Part shown: in pieces, positions 37,101-52,100 of the stretch
How positions within the stretch are numbered: position 1 is the first letter of the stretch
Layout: the number at the start of each line of letters is the position of its first letter
Source: Sminthopsis crassicaudata
Taxonomy: Eukaryota
Length of the DNA: 64,000 nucleotides
Reading direction: 5' to 3'
Assembly: GCF_048593235.1 (NCBI RefSeq)
Contig: NC_133617.1
Span: forward strand, 16,497,607-16,561,606
Made by a program: the position numbers and the translations under genes
The notes under the pieces: model-generated
What the model saw: only the letters and a program-made list of their open reading frames with translations
What the model was told of the DNA's origin: nothing
Databases searched by the model: none

Positions 37101-40100
37101 TACCTTTTCCATTGGAAGTTGAATAGATGCCTTACAATCTGAAAACTCTACTGTGATACTAGGCCCCTGGATTTCAGTTACAACATACTGAAGTTTCTGA
37201 GATTCCTTTAACATTTTCCTGTTACTTCCACCAAATTTACCAAGTACCCGGTAGGCCACATGAGAAATGCTATCTGCAGGATTCCTTAAAGTACGCCACA
37301 AAGCCTAAAATCAAAGAAACATTTTTAAACATAAGTTTTCAAATTTCATCACAATATCATAAATCTTTAAAAACATGTTCCAATCTACTCCACAAAATTT
37401 TTCTTAAGTTTAATAAGGTTTCAGGAATAAACTGAGAAATACATCAAAGATCATTGTATTTTTAAAATCAAGTCTTTTAAATCACTTTATTTCCTTCTCA
37501 ATTACTAGCCTATACTTATAGTCTTAGACTGAATATATTACTTTTCTCCATGAAGAGAATCATGCAAGATTCCAAGAGCACTTGCCCCTTAAAAAACTTA
37601 AAACAACTTCCTGCCTTTTGTTACTGATCTAACATAAGCAGGAAGTTGTTTTAATTTTAAAAACTAAGTGTCTGAAACTTTAGTGAGGAAATGTAATGTC
37701 TGGGCTAACTTTCTGGAGGTCCTCTGAATAGGCCTTGGTCTCAGCAGGATAGACACCACAAGAATGGTCAGGAATAGAGTCCAAAGTCTTTATTGTTTCC
37801 TTCACACTGTGTTTGTCACAGTCTGACTCAGTCTCAGTCTGTCACCAGGAAATGACTTCTGAAATATTCCTGTTTATTATTTTTATTGTTATTAACAATT
37901 TGTATTTATATAACATCAGAGATTACAGAAAAGAACTCTTGAACTCTTGTAATATAGGTGGTATTATAATTAATTTACTGTTGAAAAAAACTGAGACTCA
38001 AAAAGTTTAAGTGCCCAAGATCAAAAGGCTAATAGGTATCAGGGCCTGTATTTAAACTAGATCTCTGACTCCTGATCAATTTCCACAATATCAAGCTGCC
38101 TCTTCATTCTTCACTCTCTTCCACTATTCTTCCACCATGGAAAAGTTATTAACTCTATTTTCCACTTCTTCAAATAAGTAATCAGTGTTATTTACATGTG
38201 CAAGTCTTCTGGACTTTCTGAAGCTTCAGAGTTAAAATAAAGATTTGACTTTATAGCTATCCTTTTGGTATTGTAAGTAAAAAAAAAAAAAAAAAAAAAA
38301 TAGGACAAATTAAATCAATTCCCATATGATTTTCAATTACTGGCCTATTATAATATGCAATCTACATGAAAACAATTTGTAAAATATGCATAACATTAAG
38401 AATACTCTACAGCAATATCTTTATAACTCTTCATATACCAAAGAAATTCAAAAAAGTAAGCTGAAAAATCATAGCTACTCATGACAGAGGCTAATATATT
38501 GACTTTCCAGAATAACTAAAAATTTAAGTTTCAAAATGAAAATAATACAAGAACTTCACGTTACCTGCATTAGTTCAGCCCGCACTGGCTGAATGTGATC
38601 ATACAGAAAGTCCGGCTGGAGATTATCTACACATAATTCAAGAGTCCGAAGCCCTTGGCTAACCAATGTTTGAGATCCATTAAGAGCAGATACTAAGGGA
38701 TCCATTAACATTGGTAGATATGGTAGAAGGGAGCTCAGTCGAACTGGTACAGTAAGACACAGCTCCACAAATAAATCTTTCATGTGTTGCTTATGAAGAC
38801 CACTTTGTAACATATTAAGCCCTAGAAAGAGGAAAAAATTTCAAAGTAAAATTAACCTTAAATATTTAGTGAAAAATAATAGCAAGAATTTATATGGTGC
38901 TGACAGATTTTCAAAACAATTTACAAATGTAGTCTCATATCTTCACAATAATCTTGAGTAGTAATATTCTCATTTTATAGATGAGGAAATAAAGGGAGTT
39001 GTGATTTGGTCATATAACTTGGAATGTAGGTCTGAGTTTAATTTGCACTGATTTAAACTCAAGTCTTAATTTCAGGTTCAGCACTTTCTACATACTGGGG
39101 CAGCTAGGTTTCTCTACAATTCATTAACACTTATGGTTAAGTCCTTAAAAATATATGTGTGTGAAGAAGTAAGGAATTGATATAAGAAAACTGGACTCAC
39201 TAAAACAAAGGATTTATAATAGTAGTAGAACTGAAGACACAAATAAGAGGAGGATAATTTTAGGCAGTACCTTATCTATCTACTGGATAGTTGGCCATGT
39301 GGATTTCTTATATATACAGTTAATAAGTACTTCCTACATGTTTAGTGTGGAAAAATATTGTATTTGAAGCTCTTTTGAAATAAGGTGGGGAGAGAAGCAA
39401 AAAAAAAAAAAAAAGAGAGAGAGAGAACACAACGAGAAGCTTAAAACAAATTAGGAAAGAAAGTAACTTTTTAAAAATAGAATCAGTTCATATAGTGCAA
39501 ATCATCATAAACACACAAAAACTTCCTATATATAAACTCAATTAAATATTTGCACAAAGGACTTAAAATTTATCAGCTAATAAATAACATTCAAGTACAA
39601 ATACAAAGTAACTTATTTTCTTTATTCCTTATTTTGATTCTCCTTTTCCATTTTGGCTACATTTTCTCTGGCTTGGTGTTAAAAATCTATAGAAAAAAGT
39701 TATAAAAAAATCTATAGAAATACAGAATATAGAGAGAGAGAATCTATAGCAAATCTATAAAAATCTATGGCTCAAAAATGCAACCAATACCTCATTGGGG
39801 AAATCAGAACCCTTCCCCTCCCCATCATCAGTTCCTATATAGCCACAACTTATTTCAGCAGCCTCACTTTACAGCCTCATATGCTTTTAAAGTGTTAAAT
39901 GGAAATCCTCTATAACTAAGGGTTTATCAGTTACACAGAGATGAATAGTTGCCAAAAGGGACAAGAAATTGATCTGTGATTTTATTAATATACGGATATC
40001 CTAATATGAGAAGCAATTCAAAATAATATCATCTCTATAACTAATTCAAACTCCTTAAAACCAACAGAGGTCATTATCTTCTCTGCAATGTCACTGAAAA

Positions 40101-43100
40101 TTGCATGAGATAGTGGTAGGACTTAAACCCAAGTATCCACTGTACTGTCAGAAAAAAGAAATGTGTAGGGAATGAAACAAGAGTAAAAAGAAGCAAAACA
40201 GCTATTCTTACCTTGCAACAAGTTTGGTAAGAGAGGCAAGAATTCCTGATAGAGAAGATCATGGCTTCCCCCACCGATGGAACGAAATAAAGCTCGAAGA
40301 AGAAGGAAATAGTTGTAGGGTTCCTTGGCCGTTTGTGCAAGTTCCATAGAACTGTTCACAATCTTGTGCAAGTGAGGCTAAGAGATTTAAGGAAAAGGTT
40401 AATAAACAGACAATAAAGAGAAAGGTCAACCAATGGCAGTATCTTTAAATCTTCATTATCAACATCACACCAGACACAAAGGTTCCATGTATTCCAATTA
40501 AGGACAAAAGTTAATTTTGGTAAGATTTGTTCCAAATACACCACAGGAATGTAGGGAAACAAGGGTGAGAAGGGGAGCATGTCAGGATAGAACGTAGCTA
40601 CTTTCATTATCTGAAGTACACTTAAATTTATTTCCATTTACAAAAAAATGATGACAGTATTATTCCATATATATATATATATTATATATTATATATTACC
40701 TCAAATTCAGTCAATATAAAACCCAAATATAATCATGATCAGTGATATTTTTCACTCTGTATTTACAAGTGGGGTTTTTTTCCCTTTCAAAGAAATTAAA
40801 ATCATGAGATAGTCTAGGGTCTTCATTTTTTTGTGACATCTAAAAATTACATATATGTGTGTATGTGTAATATACATGTATATGTCTATATACATATACA
40901 CATTCACACACACACATATACATTCTCTACAATCAATGAAATACCTGAGTGCCTACTATATGCAAGAGAATAAAAGTCTCAAAGGGTTTCACACATATCT
41001 CATTTGCCTTTTATTTGTCTATGGTCTTGTTACAAAAATCATAAGTACTGAAGCTGTAAATCTTTGAACACTTCACTAAAAACAAAATTATTTTTGATGC
41101 TTTCTGCATACACCTGAGTTATCATTCATTGTATAATAAAGTGCTTTATTTCTCTTTTAGGTCATAAGTCTCCCTATGAGAAAATGTTTCTCTTTGAATA
41201 CAGTAGATAATAGTATCTGACTTTAAGAGGAGATATATATTTTGCCACAAAGGGAGAAAAATATATTTTGAAAATGCTTTTGTTATGCCTCATGTATTGA
41301 ATCCTCCAAAGCAGAAAAACTGGTCACTTAGCGTAGGCACAGATTTGAACATTAAGCCTTCAAATTTTTTTCCATTTCAATTCTTACAAGATCTTATAAG
41401 ATCTGAACTTGAAATTAAGATGTTATGCAACATCATGGCACAGTAAAAAAAAGGCTACCAGCTTTGTGGTCAGAAAATTCAAGTCCTACATCTGACATTC
41501 TGTATGATCATAAACAAGTTATTAAATTTCTCAGGCCTTCCCCAGACAACTCTCCAAGACTAAAAACTACAGGTGAATTGCCAATCTATATGGTAGAAAA
41601 AGTTTCAATCACAACAATCTTCACATTGATGAAATCAAGGATCTGGATCAAAAACAGCAGTAACATTTAAGATTTCATATGCTGGGTTCTTATTATACAA
41701 GGACATTTAAAAATGAAGGAGTTCTTTTCAAATGTTAAAACAGCAACTTCAAGAAATTCTCCAGAAGTGAAATACTTTAATAATCAACTGTGTGTTCAAG
41801 TGCCACTTAAGCCAAACTAAGCTTTACCTTCAGCATTTGTTCATTTTCAGCTGCAAAGAGAGAAACTGAACCAAATACCAACTTGAACAGCTTGAGATAC
41901 AGATTGGAGAGTTCTACATTAGAGCCCATTTCTGGCAGTCGATCAAGGAGATATTCCACAAGAATTGTAGCAAACAGAGCAGAGGTGGTGGGATTTGCCA
42001 GGAAAGAATTGGCAACAATCTGTAAATACAAGAAATTCAGATGATAAAAATAATTCCTTTCCAAGAGAAATTGTAAGACAAGGTAATTTAGCTTAAATAA
42101 ATCAGTGCCATATTGGGGTTCAAGAAAACTATAAAAAAGAAAAAATGAACTATTTGCAAAAAGAATGAAGTTTAAAAGAAATGGTTTCGGGAATTTATGT
42201 AAGTTTAACTCCCCCTCCCAAAAAAAAACGTTCAACATCTATATACTTGGCACCAACAAAAGATATTAACTCAAATTTATCTGTTGCTTTTAAGGCACAT
42301 TACTTTCTAAATTGTACATGGCTTAAAAATAATTCATTGAACTCTGCCCTTTAGAGGAATCTTCAAATATTTTAAAACTAATTTCCTAATTACTTAAAAA
42401 CATATAGTATTTATATCTGGGAGGATACAGGAAAATTAGTTTATACCTGAAGAGCGTAATTTTTTGAGATTCTTTCCACCATATAAGGGACTGTAGTTTG
42501 AAAGATTTCTTTAAATGTTAAAGGATTCATCATTGTGAAGACCCCTGCAAAATGTTCCAACACTTCTTTCTCTTCTTTCATTCTAACTGTCTGACAGTTT
42601 GCTACTCGAATATACGTCTGTCCATTTCCTGCTATCTGCACCTAGAAAAGGTAAGAAATACATGAGATTTTTATATTACTCACTTGAGAATGAAAATATT
42701 TATAACTCAAAATAAAATTACATAACAAACTCTGTTAAATATGATCATTGTTGTATTTACCAGAAGCACTTCCAATTAAAAAAATACCCTAAAAACCAAA
42801 TCTTGATCCTGTAGTTTAAACTCACTGTACGGAAAATAAAAAAAATTTATGAAAGACTGTAATTTTACTAAGTTGTTCACTAGAAAAAGACTAAAATGTA
42901 AAGTTACTTTTTCTTAAGAAAAATGAGATTTTCATGAAGAGATTTCTATAAGTACAATTCTACAATGTTGGAATATAGGTTAAGCCCAGTTTATAAAGTC
43001 TAAAAATGTATAATTCTATGTGGTGTTATCATTCATAACAGATTAGTTTGTCATCATGTTACTCACCTGATAAATATCTAAAGCCTGCATGGCATACTTC

Positions 43101-46100
43101 ACAAGCTTTATGTAAATCTGTGTCTCTTTTGGTTGTAATTGTTTGTTGGGAATGAATTGAGCTTCTGGAAGAAAGATTACATGCCAAATTAAAAACCACA
43201 AAAAAATTTTAAGGCCTTATTTAGACAAATGCTGTATTTTATCTATAATTTAATTAAAGTGCAGAATTACCACCAGGTGCTTTACATGAAGTTATTCCCC
43301 ATGTAATTGTCTTGACTCCACAAACCAAAGTTTTTACTAAACTCCGACAATCTGTAACTTGGAATGTTTGCTTATCTTCTTTATCCTTTTCTCCTTGTTT
43401 CTCAAAAACAGGCACTGGTGCTGGAGCTACAGGTGTGGTAGGGGCTGGTGAAGGTGCAGGAGCAGGTGTTGTGGGACCCGTAGGTACCCCAGGCAAAGCT
43501 GCTTCAGCTGCTCCAAGTTCTGACTGAGGTTTACACTTTTTAAAAATTGCAGACAACTGATAGCGAGCAATGGTATGAAATTTCAGAACAAAAACCTGAA
43601 AAGGGAGGAAATTAATGATAGTTTCAAAAGAACAAACTTATCTTGAATATAACAAAAGTTACTTTTCAAATCAAATTAGTCTAGAAGGCAAAAAAATTTC
43701 AAAACAACCTAACAAAAGAGATTATTTTGAATCTCTTCAAAAGAAGTAACATGCATTTGATACATAAACCAACTGTTTTTAAAAACATTTATTCATTTTT
43801 AAATACAAAAATATTATATTTAACTAAATATTTGCCATATACCTACAAGTATCCCACAAGGTAAACTTAGTAATTTGCCCCCTGAAATACTGGCCAGTAA
43901 AGAGATCATTTAAAATTCAACATCTGGAAGATTTGGGAGCCCTTATTAAAAGATATTTCATTTAACTTCTTATAAAAAATCCATACCTCTAACATCCTCA
44001 TTAGAATATCTCTCCCATTTCCATTTTCTTGTTCACTTTTGGAACGGATGCAATCTACTAAGTTCAACAAAAGCTTGCAAGACATAGTCTGGATGCTGCT
44101 GGGCAATGACTCATCATCAATATTCTTGGCAAATAGCTGGACTGCAAGGGAGAGGTCATTGAGAGGTAAATGTTGACGGACGTGATGCACCAAGTCTGCC
44201 AGCGTGCTGTATGCAAGTGGCCTAGAAGGGGAAAAAAAATCCATTTGTTTTTAGGTCTCTTCTGGTGTGCCTTATATTGATGTTTATAAATTCCATAATC
44301 AATTTGTGCTATCATTTTACCCTAGAAAGAGAATTCACAGGAAGGCCAATGCACCACTGAGATCAAAGTTAGAATTAATTTTACAATGCTTTCCATTTTG
44401 TGTTCATTAAATTTAAATATGCCTTTTTTAAGGCTGGTGTTGTTTTGGGTTTTTTCCCAAACTAGTTTTATAAGCTTTTGTTCAACCACCACACTCCAAT
44501 GGACACTAGAAATATATAATTAGCATAAAGAAAAACAATTACTGGGCTTGATCATGCATATGCCCATTTTGTAGCCAAAAAGTAGAAAAAGTACATGTCA
44601 ATTAACATTTTCCTATTCTGTTATATACATTACCATAATATTCAGACAATTAAGTTCTAAAATGAGATTTTGTATATTGCCAAAATGCCCCAAGCTACAA
44701 AATTTTTACTTTGTTCTCTAATAAAAGAATATTTTACAAATTCAAATTCTTCTAAACTCTTTCAGCAGATGGTCAAAAAATTTTTCAAACTAAAAATTCT
44801 TCCCTCACACTTCATTACTAGGAGCTACGAAAATTCTAAAAGCAACAAAAAATGCAAACTGCATTCGTGAAAATTAAACCAAGCATAAACTTTGAACACT
44901 TTGCTTAACAAAAATAGTAAAACAAGGGGCAGCTAGGTGGCGAAGTGGATAGAACACCAGCCCTGAATTCAGGAGGACCTGAGTTCAAATCTCATCTCAG
45001 ACACTTAACACCTCCTAGATGTGTGACCCTGAACAAGTCACTTAACCCAAAAATAAAAATTAAAAAAATAGTAAAACAAAATAAAAAACTAATAACCAAA
45101 AGATATTTTTCAAGTGTTCTTCTGCAATTTATATTAACAAAAAAACAACTTGCATTTTTTTGCGTTACTTCTATGTAATACATAAATTGATTAAAGTAAC
45201 AACATCCTTTTTTAAAATTTCTGCATTTCTAAATCTAATAGTGATTTTTTTTTAAGACACAGGCAAATTTAATTTGCAAGTTCCAAAATTGTTAAATACT
45301 ACAAAAAAGAAATACCACAAGCCATTATCATGGGCAAATATCCAACTACATACCTCAGAGTTTCTCGAGCAGTGTATCCAGAACCAATTAGTATAGATTC
45401 ATCAAACAGTTTGTCCATACATGGAATGAATTCTAGAACGTAAATATTTATTGCACTGATTACCAACAAAACCAATTACAAATTACGTTACTTAAACAGT
45501 ATTTAACTTAGTTGTCAATTACATAATCTGCATTTAAAAGAGGAAAAAAAAGAAAAACAGCCCAGACAGTTACATTCTACAAAAATGCTAATTTGCTTAG
45601 ATAGTTGTACCACTAAAAGATATGCTATTAAAAATGCAATTTGGTTATCAGCAAATGCTTTCAAAATCAGACAAACTAGTAAGCAAATGCAAGTTTATTT
45701 TAAAATGCAAAAGTAAAAATTACTTAATAAATGGTCTTCCAAATTATTTTAAGCATGTGTGAAGTTAGTTCACTGTCCTAAACAATTGTGATACAAAAAT
45801 TTAAGTGACCAACAAGTGGTACAAATAACAGTACTTAAGAAGGACAAGAGAATAATCTGTCATCTATTTTTAGTAAAACAACCAGTTAGTCAACAAGCAT
45901 TTATTAAATGCCTATCATATGCCAGGCACTGTGCCAAGAAGTGAGAATACAAAAAAGGCAAAAACATGATCCCTAATCTCAAGGAATTCTCTAGTTCAAG
46001 AAGTAAGAACAGAAGCAAAGAGCTCATATATAGCAATCAAAAGAACAAGTACTAAATAATTAATAGCTAAGGAAGTTCAATGAGGGACCTGGAAGAAATT

Positions 46101-49100
46101 AAGACTAATTAAATGCTGTATCAGGCAAGGTACAATTTTTACAAATGCATAAAGACAGGAAATGACATATTAAGTTTGAGAGAGAGCTGAAGAGCTTGAC
46201 AAGAGAGACATATATGTAGAGCAAAGTAATATAAAGTAAATGTGGAAACTAGAGCCAACTTGTGGAGAGTCTTAAATGACAGGCTGAAGCACTTTTATCT
46301 TAATCTAGAGTTAACAGAAAGCTCCTCTTCAAAAGGAGCAGAGTGCTTTAGTTGCACCAGATCCTTAGGAAAAGTATTTTCCCAGTTATAATAGTTTAGA
46401 GAAGGGCTAAGTTAGACAAGGCCCAACCATGAGGCCATTTCAATAATTTAGGTAACTGATGATGAAGAAATGAACTTGGTTGATTGGCAATGTAAGTCAA
46501 AAGAATGGAACAGATGATCTAGTGGTAGAATCAACAGGATTTACCATTTTGTTAGGTATGGGAAGTGAAAAAGAAAAAAGAATCAAAGGTTAACTTCTGA
46601 GATCCAAACCTAGGCAATTTAGAAAATGATGAAAAAGTTCCAAATAATTCATTTATCAGTTATGAGATTATGAGAAAGAACATAAACAGTATCTTAGTGG
46701 CAGATAGAGTCATGGCATAATAAATAGTCTAGAGAACAAAAATATGTAAAGTTTTAATAATCCCAAAAAGAAAACATAATTCTGATTTCCACAAGTAGAT
46801 TCACCTGAAGACAGTGATCATGTGACCTTTCATTGGAAGAAGTAACTCAAATCATAGCAAAGCTTTTCTGATTATGCCCCTCAAGTAAAACAGCTTACAG
46901 GAAAAATCAATATTATCTCCTCATCTCTTTTAGCCACTGAATTTATCCATCAACAATGACCCTGCACTAATCTACATACTACAATGCCCAAATTTTTAAC
47001 AAGTTTTGTGTTTTCTCCAGCAAGCTGAAGATCTAACATAATAAACTAGTGCTATTAAAATAGTCATGTGAAATAGATATACATATGAAATACATATAAA
47101 CTGAAAGAAAATATACATACGGCTCCTTAAATCTGTAGTAAGAATGTGTTTGGCAGCAATGAGAAGCTCCTTTCTAAGATGTGCAGTTTCTGCTGGGCAA
47201 TTTGATAGTAACTGTAACATTCCTTTTACCATTTGCTGAGAATATTTTGCCACTAAATCCTGCAAAAACAAGAAATTAGGAACAACATGTAATAATAGGT
47301 AAAAGACCTATTCAAAATGCTCTTTATAAATTTAGTTCAAACCAATTCAGTAGACTAACTATACATACAACCTCATATCAGACTTGTTAAATGCTGGCTC
47401 TTTATTAGATTCAAAAATTAACTTTAAGTGGTAGTTTAAGTCCTACTGAAATTCTGTAACCCTGAGAGTAGGGATTCTAGAGGTTCAATAGATTTTAATC
47501 TTTGCTTAAGAGTAATTCTGTAACTTAGAAACAAAAATCATTTGAACTAGAAAATGGTGAAATTATCAAAAGATTTAATTTGGAAGTGCTCTGATTAACT
47601 TATTTTGTCTAATTTCCTAAGTAAATTTTATTTCAACAATTTTAAAGTGAACAAATTACAAATGAAAATTCAATTATGTAGGTCAATAATGTTTTCCCCA
47701 AAAGTACACTTCAGTTAATTTTTAAAAGATCTTACCAGACAGGAATTAAAACTTATTAAATTTTTTGTGGAATGGGTTGGAATCAGAATAGTTCCCAAAA
47801 AATTTTGGGTTTTGATTTTTGAATTTGATTGAGATTTATCTTTTTGAAAAATGGGAGAGGGGCAGCTAGGCGGCACAGTGGATAGAGCACCAGCCTTGAA
47901 TTCAGGAGGACCAGAATTCAAATCTGGTCTCAGACACTTAACACTTCCTAGATGTGTGACCCTGGGTAAGTCACTTAACCCCAGCCTCAGAAAAAAAAAA
48001 AGAAAAGAAAAATGGGAGATAAAGTTCCTCAATGTCCTCTTTTCCCCATACATCTATTAGTGAATTAAGAGTTACATCAGTAAATACTTTTTTAAAATTT
48101 AGTAATATGAGGAATACCTATCCATGAGGATCAGTTAAAACTTGTTTATCATACTTTTCATTTTCTAATACAAACTTTTGCACTTCAACACATATACAAA
48201 AATTACAATAGCTGTCTAATTCTCCCACACATTTTTGACATACAATTTCAAAACACAGTTCTAAATAGTTAAACCTGAAAGTAATTCTATTCTTCCCTTA
48301 CTTCATTCCAAATTTCATTAATACTTTAAAACAAAAATATTTAAACTTACTTGATAAATTCTTATAATATAAGCCAAAAATGACAATGTTTTAATTTGAG
48401 CAGCAATGAAATCAGCATACAATTCCTTATTATATAGTTTATGTTGCCTGGAATAAAATCAAATTGGATTTACTGTATTGAACTTTAAGTGAATTTAGAA
48501 TTATATAAAATAAGACTGAAGGCTATTATACCCAGAAACATGTTTAATTTTCACAAAGAGAAACAAATAAATCAGCAGAAACTTAAATTTATATAGTCAC
48601 ATTATACTTCATTTTAGTAAACAGAAATTTCATTTTGAATCCTATATTTGACCCTAGACTCTTTTCTACAAATGAAATAGTACTGAAACCAACACACTAC
48701 AATCAACAAAATGGACCGAGAAAGCCTTTAGAGGTAGGTAACTGACAAAGTCAAATAATCTGATTTAATCCTTTGACTACTATCATCCATCAATAATGAT
48801 TGTTTGTTCATGGGATACATTTACAAAATTATAAGTTCACAAGAACTCTGGCTACATAATATGCTTTTTTCCATAAATTTGAAATCAAGAAATTACCATT
48901 ATAACAAAATAGTTCTAAAAGATTTTAAAACGTATGTTTACCAAACTTCTTCACAAACTTGTCTCAAGTTTTGAGTGAACATATTATTATTTAATGGCAA
49001 AATGCAAGAGTATAATATTATTCTTAGTTATCAATGCAAACTCAAATATTTCATTATTCTAATCAAATCTCACCTGGCTTGAGCAGATACCTGAATTATA

Positions 49101-52100
49101 ATAGTATTCATTATCAATGGCACAAATTCAGCAACCACATTGTGAATGTTCAGTTTGTAGAGCTAAAAACAACAAACAAATGTTAGATATGCAATTTTCT
49201 CAATTTTTAATGTCGTATAAATCACATATAACAAAATCACAGTCTCTCAAATTAGAATATATCAGAAAGTACACGATATATAAAAATAACATGTAGGTTG
49301 TAGATTAAGCCTAAGTTAGGATTGGCTGGGGCTTCAGGTTCTGAAATAGAATAAAATGATATACTCATAATCCATATCTAAGAGTTAATAAAAGATATGT
49401 GGAAAGGATAGAAAAGATGTTTAATAAGGACAAAGCATAGATTCAGCTGAGTGCCACCCCACTTCTCCACTCATGGAATGGCTTTTGTACTCAGGTCACC
49501 AAAAGATGGGCCTAAGCCTTAACCCACTAAGTCAATTGAATCTTAAGCAGAATTTCTATACCTTTTAAGAAAAAACTACATGAAGTCATGTAAAGGATAG
49601 TTTTTTTTTTTTTCTTAGAAGATATTGAAACAGCATAATTGATGTTATATGCTTGCCTTCTTAAGGGGTATGTGAGGGTCTAGAGGAAGAAAGAATTTGG
49701 AACTCGAAATTTTAAAATATGAATGTTTAAAAATAAAGAGAATTAGATCTAAAAAAGAAAAGAAAAGTTATTTTAACTCATCATTTTAACTGCTTCTTCC
49801 TTATATAAGATGGCTATATGACACTAGCTTTGTTATATTTGACATTTACTTTAACACAAATACCAGGTCAATATAGTGCTTCTTTTCTTTATGGGATCTA
49901 ATACTTCACTTAATCTTATAAGTAAAGGAGGGTAATTAGCAACCAATACTTCTAGCAGAAAGAACCCTTAGGAGATTGCTCAACAACTTGAACAACCTTG
50001 AACAAGAATGCTTCTTGTCTCTTCTATACTTCAAAGTGAAACTAATTTAGGTTCCATCCTAAATCTAATTTCCTGTTAATCCTCCCCGCTCTTTCCCAGG
50101 ACTCTACTTTCTACACTCAAGCAACTTTCTCAATCACCAAGTNNNNNNNNNNNNNNNNNNNNNNNNNNNNNNNNNNNNNNNNNNNNNNNNNNNNNNNNNN
50201 NNNNNNNNNNNNNNNNNNNNNNNNNNNNNNNNNNNNNNNNNNNNNNNNNNNNNNNNNNNNNNNNNNNNNNNNNNNNNNNNNNNNNNNNNNNNNNNNNNNN
50301 NNNNNCACTCTGTCTTCTCTTTTCTCTTCCTTTCACTCTCTCTCTTCCCTTCACCTTATTCTCCTCCCTCATTCTATCTTTGATTCATATTTTGGATCTT
50401 TCTCCCAAATCCAAAACAAATCTGCTTCCCCAAAAAGTTTAGATGGTCCCTAAAGTACTTTCCTGCTATAAAATTCTACAATTGCATGTCACTAAATACT
50501 GTTTTCCTAGGATAGATACAATTTTAATTACTGAAATTAAAACCACAATATGCAATAAACATACCTGATACATTAAAACAACAATTATGGGCAACTCAGC
50601 CAACACTTTCAAGGAAAGAGACCCTCTAGGAATTATAGAATGCTACAAGACAAAAAGCCATGTGGAATTAGGTTATTATTTTGAAGCAAAAAAAATAAAA
50701 ATTAAAAATTTATGTAGTGATAATTAACTAGAAGTAGTCAACTATTAACTACTTTTTGTTAAAAGGATTTTGAACTATTATTAAAATGCAAAGTGCACCT
50801 AACAATCATTCTGTATTTTCAAAGCACACATTTAGTTTAAAAAGAGAAAGCTTGAGGATATTTATAGAGTGATTTCAATTCCCTAGAAAAATTCTTAATA
50901 TATAAAGTCTTAATATCTAAAATCTTCTTAAAAAGAATGAATAATGATTCTGCACACATATATTATATCTAGGATATACTATAACATATTTAACATGTAT
51001 GGGACTGCCTGCCATCTAGGGGAAGGGGTGGAGGGAAGGGGGGAAAATTCAGAACAGAAGTGAGCACAAGGGATAATGTAAAAAATTACCCATGTATATG
51101 TATATGTACCATAAAAAAAAAATTTAATTATAAAATAAATTTTAAAAATTTAAAAAAAAAAAAAAGAATGAATAAAAAAATTTATCAACATAATAAATCC
51201 AGCCAGAAATCTAAATTCCCATAGTAAGTTTATTTAAAGAATTTCACAGTACTTCTTTTAGCTGCCTACTTTATCCTCAAGGAGAATTAAAAGATTTTGC
51301 CCAATTATTCCAATGATATAGGTAAGGAATAGAATATATTATTTTAGATTTATGGATGAAACTGCAACACATTCAGGCAATGTAGATGTACTATCTACTT
51401 AATGTTAAAAACATAATTCAAATATATATACTATTACATAATTTATTTTTTCATATCTTTTCATAATGACTTTCATTTTAAAGTGAATAAAAGTATCAGT
51501 AATAATAGTTACTGCTTTGGGTTGGGCTAGTGAGAACTGTGCAGAAATCCAGTTTTCTTCTTCAAATACATATAAACCAAAAGGGGGGAGGAGAGTGGAA
51601 AAGGGGGAACTTACTGTTCTTGTCTCGCTGTCATCACGTTCAGGATTTACTTTCACAGCAAGGGTTGTGATCATACCAACCATTTCTGGGGAAGGAACTG
51701 TGTTATCTGGGATCACTTGGGGATTTTCAAAATAACGATTCTAGAGATGGAAGAGAAATCAGTTCTCATTTATCTATATCAAAACAAGATTTCATTCCTC
51801 AATACTTCTAAAATTCTATGCCAAAAAAAAATGTATAAGCAAAGCAACTGCTGAAAGCAATCAATAAAATCTACATATTTTCAAGTTACTTATTACAAGA
51901 ATGCTTATGGATTAAATAAGTGTAATATTTTTGAACACTCTACAATAAAGAATTGTGGCCCAAATTGGACTATATTACATATGTCTATAAATGAGATCTT
52001 AAGCCATAAGATAATTGAGAATATAAAGACAGAATACAAAGTCACATAAACTTCCTAAATATTTCCTAATTAATAATAAACTACAATGTAAAGTATCTGC

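Noticed and set aside
50143-50305. N gap as a hiding place for a missing exon or element
   Set aside because: Flanking exons join in frame; the adjacent CT-rich tract explains the gap.
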